Shown: positions 1 through 12,600 of the stretch, in pieces
Layout of the letters: each line of letters starts with the position of its first letter
How positions within the stretch are numbered: the stretch's first letter is position 1
Source of the DNA: Vermamoeba vermiformis
Lineage: Eukaryota
Direction: 5' to 3'
Assembly (NCBI GenBank): GCA_045837725.1
Contig: JBEWZL010000267.1
Coordinates: 186,001 to 233,079 of the forward strand
Length of the DNA: 47,079 nt
The notes under the pieces: model-generated
Database searches by the model: none
What the model saw: only the letters and a program-made list of their open reading frames with translations
Told to the model about the DNA's origin: nothing
Program-made: the position numbers and the translations under genes

Positions 1-441
1 TAGCTGTCCAATAAAGCCCTATCGAATATTCGCTCTTCAAATGTAGTATTCATTCTAACGTAATTTTGTAAAGGCACACGTAAGGAGTTATTTACAATGG
101 TTCACTTCGCTGATCGAAGATTTTTTGCTCAGTCTAGAAGCGATTTGCCTATTAATAATTAATATTTAATTTTTGGTAATGAATAAATTATTACCTGAAT
201 ATTTAAACGCGTCAAAGTTCAATCTGCTAGTATTGAATTGTGGTTTGAATTTTCGATGCCTTCTGCATTCAATATCAGAACGCTTTAGCCGAAAATCTTA
301 TTTATTTAATTGTCTTCTTACGGCACATTGTAATCTTATTGCAAAAAAATAACTTTTGATTGCAAGCAAAAAAATGTAAAAGGCGGGCAATTTCAGAAAG
401 TCAATTCCACTAAATGCATGTAACAATTTATTTATTTATCC

Positions 442-2926
442 TTAATTCTCCCCTTCATCTACCCCGTACATTTCTTCCTGTACTCTCCTTCTTCGGTTGG
501 CTTCTTTATTACGTTGCGATAGTTCTGCTTTTGTTAGAGGAGGAGCGAGATGGCGGACTGGTGGTTTAACGTGCTGATAATAATGAGTAACAAATGATTT
601 GAGCTTCGTTCGGAGGTAGCTTGGAGGTTTCCTAGCAGTGGCATAATTCAAAACACATATAGCTGACTGAGGAAGGCAATCTGGTAACTGAATATTATAA
701 TTCCCGCCAAGAAAATGATCGTGAATGCATCGATGAACATTTCCTAATTATTTAGTAATTATTAGAACGGTGGTTGTAGTAGAATAATTCGAGGAACTGT
801 ATGTAAGTAATGTAACTCTTACGGCGGGAAAAATGGCAAGTGAATCTTAATGGGTTGATTGTAATATAAACAGTTCACTACACGGTATCTCGATTACATA
901 TTCGGCGAGTGTTGTTCAAGGATTGTTATCGGGATCTTCATTTGGATCTTCTGTTATCAAATTGTTAGGACTCCCATAATAAAGATATAATTGCTCTATT
1001 TTACCTTTGCTAGCCCATAGTGCACAGTAACAACGATATAATGCTTCACGATAATAATTTTGGCGACTCCCTCGGTAGAAATAGTCGTGTCTTTGACCGG
1101 AATTGGCAATGAAAAGCCATGCGTCCAACTTGCCAAATATGGAAATGTTAGAACCTATTAATGAGAAAGCAATTATTCAGATGGACTTACGATGATCCAG
1201 GCGTGATAGGAAGAACGCTTTTGTCAATCTTTTGTTTAAATGGCGTAACTTTCTGTGACGACGTTGAGTCTGTGACATGATAGTCCTCGTGCTGTTCGAG
1301 CTTGACTGAAATCTCGTCAATTTTATGCGTGGATTTGTTGTCAATGGCCTAGGAACATGTTATTCACGAAAAGTGACACTTTGACACGTGACAACTTACG
1401 AATTGAAGTACGGCCGTCTCGCCAATTCTAAACGTATTCTTATCGATATTCACATTGACACTGAGGCCCTCTATGTCTTGGGCAACATGACGCTCGGGAG
1501 TGGTTGCTGCCACGGACTGTAATAGTTCGTGAACAGGACGGTGCACGATGATTTCAGCCACTAAGATACAAAAGTTAGGTCGCTCATTACTACTAGTACT
1601 ACAATACTATGCTTACCTGCCGTCTTGTCAGTGTTGAGCGGAATATCAACTGTTCCTTTGAGCTCGTAGCTGATGTTACCGATGGGTTTGTGGACTACGA
1701 ACAAATAACTTTAGTATAATGTTGATTAGAAGGATTATGCGGCTCTTACACGTTGGTGGAGCGTCAGTTGGCAGCGAAAATTCAAACGGGAGGCGACAAA
1801 ACTTGGCTTCAAGTGTCATCTAGAGAAATCTCCGTGAGTTTCAGCAGACAAAAAAAAAGTTGTTGTACCTTATCTTTCTCTTTGCCAATCAAATAGACTC
1901 GCTCTTGACAAACATTGATAGTCTGAGTACACACTACGGTAACTTTACCCGTTGAAACGACCCACAAGACGAGTTCCTACGAAGACAAAATAAGATCCGA
2001 AATAAAATTCCATTTCAAAGCTAAATATACCTTCCCTGCAAAGTCTAACCTAACATTGCGTATTTTATGCTCTTTAGTAACATTATAGACGAGAAATCCT
2101 GTCACTTTTTCGCCGGGGTAGTAATGTTGTTTCGTCAATTCAATTCGAAAGTTTGGAATTTTGCTAATAGAACCATATTATTAATATTATAGTAGTAATA
2201 GTACTAAAATTATACAATCGTTGTTCTTACGTTGCCATTGGTTTGCTTGGAGTTGCCGATAAGGTTGCCAACGGCGTAAACGCTAATCGAACCATCAATG
2301 TTCCATGCGGATTTACTAAAAAGTAATTATTAGACATATATATATATACTAATCAAGTTTGACTTACTCGACGACGTTGTCAAAGGTAACGAAAATTCGA
2401 GAGCGTTGTTGTGCTCGGTCAAATTGCGGAGGTCAAACAAAGCTTTTCCAAGCTAATAATAGGTCATTTTCTTAGAATAGTTATATTATATAAATATTTT
2501 GTATATAAGTTGATTCTTACCTCTTCGTCGCGTAAAACGTTCCAGTCCTGATCCTAATGTCAGTGTCACATTGCGGAATTTAATTCTCTTCTTACCCAAA
2601 CTTGAAAATATAGTGTGGCGTGCGTAATATCGGCCGTTGAAAAGACAAATGTTTCGTTCCAGTCCGGATTTAGATTTTTTTGAACGACTTAAATTAAAAT
2701 TTCAATTAGATATTACGAAGTACGATTATAATCAATATAAATTACCTCTAGTCTTCATTTTATCGCTTTTTCCTTGCGGAGTCTCTAATCGCACGATAAC
2801 GTAGGGATCTGAAGTGCCGCCATTATCAGCAGCAAGCAGATCTCGAGCACCAACTAGTGTGACCGCTAATTGACCTGATAGACAGCCTTGCAGCTCTACT
2901 TTGCTTGTTAGTAGTTGTGTTTCCAT
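442..2926 (-). CDS. Multi-exon C2-domain + arrestin-domain protein
   Basis: First exon has the C2 motif LVGARDLLAADNGGTSDPYV. Later exons read IELTKQHYYPGEKVTG, LPFEFSLPTDAPPT (arrestin N) and AIDNKSTHKIDEISVKLEQ (arrestin C), separated by GT-AG introns. The 3' exons below ~980 are less certain. Confidence 0.8.
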
Positions 2927-3744
2927 TGCAATATTAATTGTTGTGATTGAACGAGCTGAACTGTCTCAATTTATCGATTGCTGTCCACTGTTACGAAAAA
3001 GCGAAAATTCTTCTTTTTCGAGTTAATATAAACTTTGCAATAGCCGAGAAGGTTCCATGCTCTAAGTATTATTTTCGATCGCTTCTAGAACCGGATCGAA
3101 AAAATTGGAAAAAAAAAAATTCGCCCTGTGCTGATAAGTAATTCTGTTTTTCGTTCACTTACATTTAAATTGCAGGCATTATAATATCTACGAGGGATAT
3201 TAATTTTTTGGAGACTACAACCAGTGATCGGCTGACTCAATATCATTCATGCTCTACCGTGATTTCCAAAGAATATTATTGGTAGCTCGGTGATTGCCTA
3301 AATAAAATTATGCACAAACAAATCGCAAACATGATTTTGTTGTTTGTTGTTGGTGCGTAATATTTCTTACAACGAAAGAACTATTTTGCGGTTCGATAAA
3401 TTGTTTGAAATTAAATTTTTACATTTTTAATAATAACTACGAATATTATTTTGCGCTGCATTTCAATTGACTTATCTCACCGTTTGTTCGTTCTCCCAAA
3501 CTAGTGAGCCAATAGGACATCTGGAGCAGAATTCTTTCTTTCAAGGACATATCAGAGGAAGTACAAAGTTATTATATACCGTACAATTCATAAAATCACC
3601 TTTTCGTGGCCTCATTGCAAGCGACGCTAAGGAAAAGAAAGCGCTTCAAACAGATGTCAGCTTGACACGTCCTTGTGAATTGAGGGGCAAAAAGCCGACC
3701 AAGATGTTCATCAATTATTTTTAATTCTTCATTATTAGAGCACA

Positions 3745-4682
3745 ATGAAAGCCAAAATATTTTTGTTGGTTGCGATCTGGTTAGTTACGATCCAAGTTTG
3801 TCTTGGTCAACAGTTCCAAAGCGCTATTACGTACAGCGACTCCAGCTGCACCGAAGAAATTGGAATATCGTTAACGTATCTCGTAAGCAATCTTCTTGGA
3901 TCTAATCTGTAAATCCGCCAATTAATTAAACATAAAATAAATAAAATAAAACGGTTTGAAAAATTAGATCATTTAATGGGTGACTTTGTAGGACACATGC
4001 ACGCCACAAAACTGCACAGAGTTCGAACAAACGCCTGGTCAATTCTACAAAATCGAATGTTCTGCAGTGATGCCAGCGGTCCCAGAATCTTTCTTCTCTG
4101 TACATTGGTATGGAACATGCAACGACAATTCTGCTCAGCTAATTGCTGGAGGTGAATATAAACACAATTGACGGCCAATCGTCCATCTGACTTTTTTTGT
4201 TAGTTTCGCCCGGAAAATGCGTAACTCTAAAAGACTTCTTCTCGCTAAGAGCTTCTAACTGCTACTTTAATGGCACACTTTTTGATTTTGGCCTCTTTGC
4301 CAACTGTTCTACCCAAGACAGCCAATCCACTTACAATATTCCGCAACGAACCCCTGAAACCATGTGCTACACGCTTACCTTGGGCGTTGGATCTTTAAGT
4401 TTCATTGGTGCATGTCCAACACTAGTGGCAGAGTCACCAAGCAGCACTCCTTCAGATTCACCCACATCCACCCCTGTGCTTTTGACACCGAACAGCACTC
4501 CTACACTAGTAACACCATCGGATCTATCTCCGAGCTCCAGTCCTAATAGTCCACCTATTACTACTTCAGCACCAGTTGCTAAAACAACAGGCACCCCGTC
4601 TAATTCTCAAGTTAGCGGTGTAAACAAGCTGAGTGCCCTCGCTATGCTCTGCTTGACCGTATTTATTTCAACGTTCTTCTAG
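3745..4682 (+). CDS. Secreted Cys-rich surface protein with Ser/Thr/Pro stalk, probably GPI-anchored
   Basis: ATG at 3745 gives the signal peptide MKAKIFLLVAIWLVTIQVCLG. Cys-rich spliced exons are followed by an S/T/P-rich linker and the hydrophobic tail LSALAMLCLTVFISTFF. Confidence 0.75.
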
Positions 4683-4738
4683 TAAATACTTTGGTTGGCC
4701 TAAACTCTGCTTTACTATGCATTTTGTGAAATCTCTCT

Positions 4739-7033
4739 TCAAGCAAACACATTGACATCGTCAGTAGGTGGCGCTGACGGCGTTAATTTTTTGACGTGTT
4801 TGGTGGGTGAGACAGGCACGACAGAGTCGAAGAAGGGATGTTTCAACGCATTTTCAATGCTTATTCTTTTTTTCACGTCTCTCACGATCATTTTGCGTGC
4901 CAGATCCAACGACACCTCGCTGCACAACGTCGCTTCACCGCATGATATCTCTCGATGCCTTTGTTGAAATTTCATTAAAATCTCTCTACTACGATGTCTA
5001 GTTACGTACTTGGCCTTCCACGCCATGGCTTGCGATACATTCTTACAGTACGCGAGTTCGTGGGCTTGTTGCATAGATCGGACACCAACACCCAAAATCT
5101 TTATACACGTTAATATTCATCATTAAAATGAACTGTAATTATACTTACTAAGTTTACGAGAACAATTCCGGCACTGTAGACATCGCTCGCCGGAGTTTTG
5201 AGTTGATCTGGTGCTACGTAACCGAGAGTATAGGCCTCCGTCTCGCCACCGATCGTCGTTGCAAATCCAAAATCGATCAAATAAACACTATTAGTAGTGT
5301 TGTCCCATAACATATTGTTCTCTTTGATGTCGTTGTGAACGATGTTGTGTTGATGGACCTGATCCAAAGCCTGAGGTAGATCCGGTTAGCTTCGTAATGA
5401 TAGTATATCATATTGTACGTACCGTCGACAATGCCTTCATGAATATTTGCAGCTCAGATTGTGAAGTGAAGTTCAAGGGATGAACACCGCGACAATACGA
5501 CATGGTCAGTGTGATGTTCTCGCCACGCAAGAGTGGTTTGTCGAGCACTTTGGGCACGCACGACAAGGCACGCAAGTGTTCCAAGACAACGTATTCGCGC
5601 TTGCCGAGGTCTGTTCGTGTCGTTTTGACGATGTACTGGTGGTGTTGCTGATCGGTGGTCACAAGATCCACTCGTGTGCGACGATTCTGAAAGAATAAAT
5701 CGGGTAAGTACATTAAAAATATTGCAGGTAACATTCGCACCTTATAAAGCACTTGCACATTGCTATGAGGTTCCAAAGCGTCAGAAGCAGATCCCGAATC
5801 GGATTTGTCAGATTTGCCAGACTTTTCGCTATCACCTTTTGAAGAGGCGCTATTATTATTATCTTCGTTATCGTTGAACGACTTCTGCTTTTGACGAGAA
5901 TTTGTGTATATCTCTTGTGGATTCATCCAATGCCCTTCGTCGTGTGCTTGCATAACGCTTTTGTACACCTCATCTGCATGGCGCTATATATAATAGGTGT
6001 GAGCACTGACGATCCACGACCATAAATATGCAACTATAGTATTATTATTAATCACCTTCATGACGGCAAATATTCGCAGAATTGTTGCGGCTTGGCGTTT
6101 GATGTCAAGCTCTGGAATGCTAAGGAACAACTTCTTTCCATCTACTTCGAACAAGAGGCTAATTCTTACGAGTCGGCCAACGTAATAGATGCCAAAGGTC
6201 AAAGGTGCGTGTTCGCTAAAGTAGTACGGATCTGGAAGATTAAGGCGCAATAAAATATCGTTCTGTTGGTCCCAGCCATACGATTGAATCACTCCCATTT
6301 TCCACCTATTGATTAATATTATGAATATGCGAATGAATGATACATAATAAATAGTCTTACCTATCACCGACTTCGCCAGCGCAAGACTGCGGTTTGCTCT
6401 CGATCAGCAAGAACGGCCAATGAATACTAGCAATCCATTCAGGAAAATCCGACTAGCAAAATGTTAGAGGTAATATGAGAGTGTAATAGGAAACTTACCT
6501 CCTTCGGGAGAGCGAATCCAAAAATTCGATCCGGTTTTATGCCTTCGTTAATTGCACCAGACCTGAAATTAACATGAAATTTTAGTAAATATTAGCGAAT
6601 AATAGTACTATTTTAACACTTACACGAGAGAGTTGGCTCTCCAGCTCGGAAACTTTCGAAATAGACGAGAGAACTTGTTGTGGCATTCCGCGATCCATTC
6701 GCCTTCGTTGTCATGAGGAATAGTCTTCAATTCCTTACGAAACTCTTTGCTTAAGATGTAATCGCAGTCGCCTTTGTCATAATCGAGAAATTGTTTCTAT
6801 AAATTATTGTTGTCAGATTCGAAAATCCTAAAAATTTCGAACGTACGTCAGTATTGGGTACTTCTTCGCCTTTATATTCATACGCTTCGATCAAATCTTT
6901 TAATAATATCTTCAGTCGTCCTTCTTTCTCGACGCACTTGTCAATTGAAGATCTGGACAAGATCGCGGACCTGATTCCGTTGAGTCTCAGCGTGTCTTCA
7001 TCAAATACCCTTTCTTTATGCGCGGTGTTACTA
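4739..7033 (-). CDS. Protein kinase with upstream PD-(D/E)xK-like domain (Crinkler/FunK1-type effector); 5' end interrupted by insertions
   Basis: Kinase motifs YIVK, REYVVL, HNDIKENN, IDFG, YVAPD and SDVYSAG occur across exons. Upstream exons read GIKPDRIFG and PFLLIESK. The intron upstream of 7033 holds the transposon, and the start exon was not resolved. Confidence 0.75.
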
Positions 7034-7083
7034 CTAAAAATATTAACGTTAATAATTAAATTGTAAATAAATTGAAATAATTA

Positions 7084-8610
7084 CTGATAAGTCGGAAGAA
7101 ATTGACCAAAAATTTATTTATTAATCATTTGACTTGCAATAGAGATTAATTTCAGTTATTTATTTATTTTCCTTCGTTACCCTTGGCAGGTGTTTCGTTT
7201 CGAACTGCGCGACGTTAAATTTATTCGCTCGTGCCCATTTTAGGAATTGACTAATTTGGTCTCGATGCAGTGAGGTGTATTGCGAAGAGGGAATCATTCC
7301 TTCTCGTATTATTCGACGAACCTGTTCGCGATACTTGTGTCCAATAATTCCGCAATGTTTGAAGTAATTTTCGATTGATTGTTCCGAGATCCGCCAAAAG
7401 CATTTCTCCACTATTGACATCTTATTTTGTGTTGAAGAGTTGGTGGTGAAGGCCATTTCTTCATAAACCGATTCTTTGAGTTCCGCATTAAACGAATTGT
7501 CGCACGGATCAACGATAGAGCCAAGGCTGACCGGGAAATGCTTGACAATTATTCCTTTTTTGGTTAAGAGATCCGTGACTTTTTTCGTACTGAAAGATTT
7601 CTCGTTATCAAGCAGCAATACGTCGCCAGATTGAAGGTAATTTTGATCAAGCACCAGTTGAAGATATTTAAGGAACGACTCTTCGCCGAATCCTCGTCCT
7701 TTGCTCTGCACATCTACGAAACCAAAATCATGACTAAATTTAGGCTCGGCAAAGTTTTTGTCTTTCGTTGAATAATAAAATGGCCCCACGGAACCATCAG
7801 CCACAAGCATGACATATAAACAGTCAGTGAAAGACCGTTTAATTGCGTTCAGCTTCGGAGTGCCGCTGAAATTTCCATTTCAAGTGCGATTAGCGAAAAC
7901 TTCATTTACGATTCAGAAATTCTTGGTTCAACTTACGCACCCACCATTGATAATTGCCTTCCTGCAACTGCTTGACTCTGAAAATATACTTTATCCACAC
8001 AGGCAATCTGACGTGGAGCTTTGTTCAAAGATCTGATCTCTTCTAGAAATTTCACTAATTTTTCTTCTTGGTCACGAAGAGGACGGCCAAATGTTCGTCT
8101 TTGAGGGCGCTTCCATGATAAATGGTTTCGAGAGGCCCATTCCTTCAACCATGTGGGTTTGGCACGAATTCCGAAGCCTTCTAGTAGAAAAAGTCGCACA
8201 TCTCTCGTTGTGGCGCTGAGGCTATTAATAGACCTCAAAATCGTGTATCCTGCAATAATACGTTCTTCTCGGCGACTGAGCAATCTTTTGTGGCCTCTGT
8301 TAAGGATCCGTTTCTTCTGTTCGCGAACTCTCATATCACGATTGGCCCAATTGTGAATCGTAGCGTGAGACCAAACGCCCACACGATTTGCAATAGCGCG
8401 GTAAGTCAAACCCCTTTTCTTAGGGGCCCTCTCCCGCTCCCGTAAGAGTCGCAGCGCTGCCTGCACAACTTCATTTTTGTACGGCTGGCCTGGCGAGCCA
8501 CGTCGTTTCAGTTTGCTTGGCATTATTGAATGCCACAAAGGCGAGAAAAACTGAAATTATGCAAAACGAAATTTAAGAATTTTTTTGGTCAATTTCTTCC
8601 GACTTATCAG
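7084..8610 (-). mobile_element. Tc1/mariner/pogo-superfamily DNA transposon, 1527 bp
   Basis: Perfect 29-bp TIR CTGATAAGTCGGAAGAAATTGACCAAAAA at 7084-7112, with its reverse complement at 8582-8610. TA at 7082-7083 and 8611-8612. Internal transposase. Confidence 0.93.
7160..8523 (-). CDS. DD35D pogo-like transposase, 430 aa after removing one intron (7866-7936)
   Basis: N-terminal HTH-like region (YRAIANRVGVWSHATIHNW) and catalytic-like motifs IACVD, LLLDN and VDPCD, with 35 residues between the last two Asp. A GTAAGT...TTCAG intron joins the two ORFs in frame (587+706 nt). Confidence 0.88.
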
Positions 8611-8645
8611 TAATTATTATTTTTTCGTTGTTCGACCGAACCTAA

Positions 8646-9366
8646 CAATAGGGCGATGGAAGCTGCATACGCTAAGACGACAAATAGCACGGTCGGATGG
8701 ATGCCTATTAATCCGATAAAGGTCAAATCGGCATTAAAGATTGGCACATTCAATTGACTATTCATGCGACCCTCACTGCTATTCTGACAGAAAGAAACTA
8801 GTGTTCTGAGATCGTGTGATACTACGCGATGCTAATCCCTGCGATTTAAAGGTGACTACACGTTTACCTTCGGCTGGATCTCTGATATCCTTTCACATCA
8901 GTAGGTAGACCATCTCGATTTACAAAGCGGCGTGTACGGAACCTCTTGGGCACACCACGTCGGCCTTAAATGGCAATAGACCGCCGTAAAAAATCGGAGG
9001 GATCCTTAACCTCAACGGAGCACGGTAACCCTAATCCCGTTGAGCCTATGATATCAATGATGGTAAGATCCAAAGTATTACAAAATAGCTAATACCCACC
9101 GTCGTAAAAGGTACACAAGCATCCAAGAGCAAAACAACGACGGGAACTCCCCCATGGCTCCATTATTTTGGACTTCAGACCACCTAGTAACCTTATAATT
9201 AAGTAATAATCCTCGCAGGTTAAACGAGATACTTCTTGTTTTGGAAGTAGAATACCAATCCTCGCGCGAGATTATCTCGAGGTCGGCAGATCTAAATGTT
9301 TCAGACCAAACTCGAACGGCGATTGGCGGGTCGGAAAGCCCCCGAGACCCACATCCCTACCTCAGT
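8646..9366. other. ORF-less, intron-less island of unknown nature bounded by ACCTAA direct repeats
   Basis: No ORF of 60 aa or more in the track, balanced base composition without the usual AT-rich introns, and ACCTAA at 8640-8645 and 9367-9372. Confidence 0.45.
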
Positions 9367-9672
9367 ACCTAAGTCGCAGATTTTAGCGATTTTTCTGTTG
9401 CTTCTTCTGCTACGACTGTCCTAAAATAGAAATGCCGTTCACTGAACCTAGCGCTAAAATTTGTCTTTTTAACAATAAAATAAATCGGGTCGGAACACCG
9501 ATAACTGTTGTGTTGAACTCCACTAGGGTAAGCATGTCGTAAAGTTAAAATCTTACGATAAAATATTTTAACGCTTGTTCCTGATTGTGGGACCGCGGCA
9601 AGGTGGGGCAAATTTAATTTTGACCATTTTTGTTCCCTCAGCTTTACAACACCATACACGAGCACAATATAT

Positions 9673-12600
9673 ATGGAGGAGGAAGCGCATAAGCCGGCCT
9701 CTCCAACGGACAGCCAAAGCTCGCAAAAGAAACGAGTTGTTGTTCCGCATGCATGCGATCAGTGCCGGTCTAATCACGTCAAGTGTATGCAAAATACATG
9801 CGATTATTCTGACAATACACTCTTTGCAATTATATCTCACATATACCTTGTAGGTGACGGTAATATGCCATGTTTCCGATGCGTAAAGAAAAAGCTCGAC
9901 TGTAGCTTCAAGAGACCAAATAAGCTTGTTGATAAAGGTAATGCACGAAATAATTGCAAGAATATGAAAGACCACGCAAGCGGAGGACGCAGAACAAGAT
10001 AGCTCTTTTTCCATCCTGGATTTTGCATTATTATTGAATAATTTATCCCCGTATTTGCTTAGAAATGCTATTTATTTTGAAAGTGACAGCGCATTAACGA
10101 TAAAATAACTCCAGGAAGGATTGAAGAACTGGTTCAAATGATCAGCCAATTAAAAGAAGAATTAGTAGTGGAACGAAGCAAGGCGCAGCAACTACAATCA
10201 CAATACGATACAGTAATAGTTCATGCGGTAAGTTTTTATGATTAAATGATCGGAGGTTTTTTTTTAAAATCCACGGCAAAGGTTCATATAAAAATATAAA
10301 ATTGCGGACAGCCCTCCGAGGCTTACTTCGGCAAATATTTTAGATATATAATAGCTTATAATGGGCTTTTGTTCATAATATGTTCGGAAAAGCACCCGAA
10401 ACCGCTGGATTAGCGTGGGATACAGTTTGGCATCCCAACACCGAAGAAAATAATGATGATCTTGATCATTATTAGAGTATTCGTTATGTAATGTTAATTG
10501 ATTTTAGCCACGTTGCCTAAATATAGCAACGAATGAAATCGGAGTCTCGCCGATCTTTCTGTGCGACAACTTTATTCATGAATATTTGTATTAATGTTAA
10601 ATCGCCATTTAACAGCTAATACTTCAACAAATATTTACAGAGATTTGAAATTCTACTCGAGCCGTATGTTCGGAACGGGGACATGAATCTCCGCAGGACG
10701 AAATTGCATCGCTTTACTTGGATCTAAAAAATGAAACCAAGAGAATTCAATTTAGCGGTATAATTTGCCCCGATAGGGCTTGGATAAATTTTTATTGTTA
10801 ATCTGCTATCCGAGATTGACCTGTTACATGTCAATGTGATTGCGCGCACTTTACAAGCCCTGCAACCACACTGTAGTCATTAATTACATAAAGTATGGAT
10901 ATTTACAGGTTTGCTAACGTTTACTACTTTAATAGGGAGGACCTGCACCTACGAGGAATGCTCGAGTGACACCGCCCGCGTTGTTATACAAATTCATTTC
11001 AAAATACAACGATGTCGTTTATCCTTATATCAAAGTACCACCACCTTATCGAGATATGAACGCATTTTTGGAAGATTCAGGCAGTGACCCGCGAGTGATG
11101 TGCATGAACGCTATTTTGGCGAGTGGGGCGTTGGCATGCGGTGACATCCATCACGCGAATATATTTATTCAGGAGAGCAGGTAAGACGAACCCTCGCTAG
11201 TGGAGAATAGAGCACGTGCTAATTTAATTCGGCATCGTTATACAGGTCACAAATAGCGAAGTATTTCGATCATCCGCACCCTCTCATTGCAGCCTCGTTT
11301 GCAACAATGGCGAACTATTACACAGCTACAGGCGAGTTTGACAAGTCGTCGTTTTACTACGACATGGCGCAGAAGATTACACGTGTTGTGTTAGAGAAGA
11401 ATGGAAACCAGAAGATTTACGTTATTCCCGAGACAGAGCCAGCACGCACAAACAATCTCAACAGCATAGTGGCAGGCAGCTTATTGTCGTTAAAAGGCGA
11501 TGGATCGACGGCCAGCAATTCAGATCTTGCATCGATTTTAACTCCCAAACCAAGCGCGGAATTAACTCCGATTACGATAGACTTGATTCACATCAATCAA
11601 CTGGCACTTCTGTATGTCGCTGAATACTGCACGGATCGAACAGAACAGTACTCAATTTTCGAGAAGATCTGGTATAATTTGGAGACGCATTACAAAGACA
11701 CCTTATTCGAAGTGCCGTATATTACAAATTTGATAGTAGCGAAGGTAAGCTCTAGAATGATACATTCCTAATTAGGCTCGGTCAACTGACACAATCCATC
11801 CAGACCTGGTGCGAGATTATGCTTTCCGTTTCGAATGAGAACAACAGTTTGCAACTCAATTTGCAAAACAAAGCAAATATTAAACGACATGCGGACCTAT
11901 TACAGAAAGCTACTGATATTGCCATGAAGAGCGCGAACTCAGTCAGGTAAATAATTGTATCTGCGCTCATATCTGCTGGTAATAACATCAGTACGATTAG
12001 GGTTCAAATTTTGATTACAGTCGAAGCGTTCAGATCGGTGCTGTCATTATTGGCCGGTGTTAATGATTTGGCTGAGCAGGTAAGCATTAACTAATTTGAG
12101 TTTTCGGATGTCGAAATTTACCCACTAAAACCGTTTTAAATTAGGCAGCAGATCGTGTTTATGAAATGTTCGAGTCCATTAGAGTCAATGACTTCTTACT
12201 AGCCTTGCCGTTCTTTTTGATATCACAAGTTCACTTGTATTTACAAAACTTCCAGAAGTTTCAGCAGGTAAGCGGCTTTTTCATTCTTGACCCAATAATA
12301 GACCATTATTTAACATCAAATAACATAAATTTAGTCATAAATGCGAGATTTTATCTCGTTTATTAATAATCCATTCCGCAATCCGTGGATTTTCGACCCA
12401 ATTACCATTTTAGGAAAATCAGCTAACAAATCTTCTGCGTAGGCTGCCAATGTTTTGCGCGGTCTGGGTTCATCATTCGAGCTTGCACGCCTTTATCTCT
12501 CACGTTTGTCAATGATGCAAGCGCACCAACTGATTCCAGTCACCACGCCGCTCGACATGTTCGTGTTCTATCCCAACCTCTCGTACTGCCGAACTTTCAG

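Noticed and set aside
1-330. Possible minus-strand exons running off the window
   Set aside because: Splice-like signals are present but I could not build a stop-free model.
9328-9350. GGAAAGCCCCC resembling RNase MRP/P CR-I
   Set aside because: No convincing complementary CR-V motif downstream.
7084-9366. Fanzor/TnpB with omegaRNA associated with the transposon
   Set aside because: No RuvC/zinc-finger ORF; the element is filled by the transposase, and the non-coding island lies outside the TIRs.
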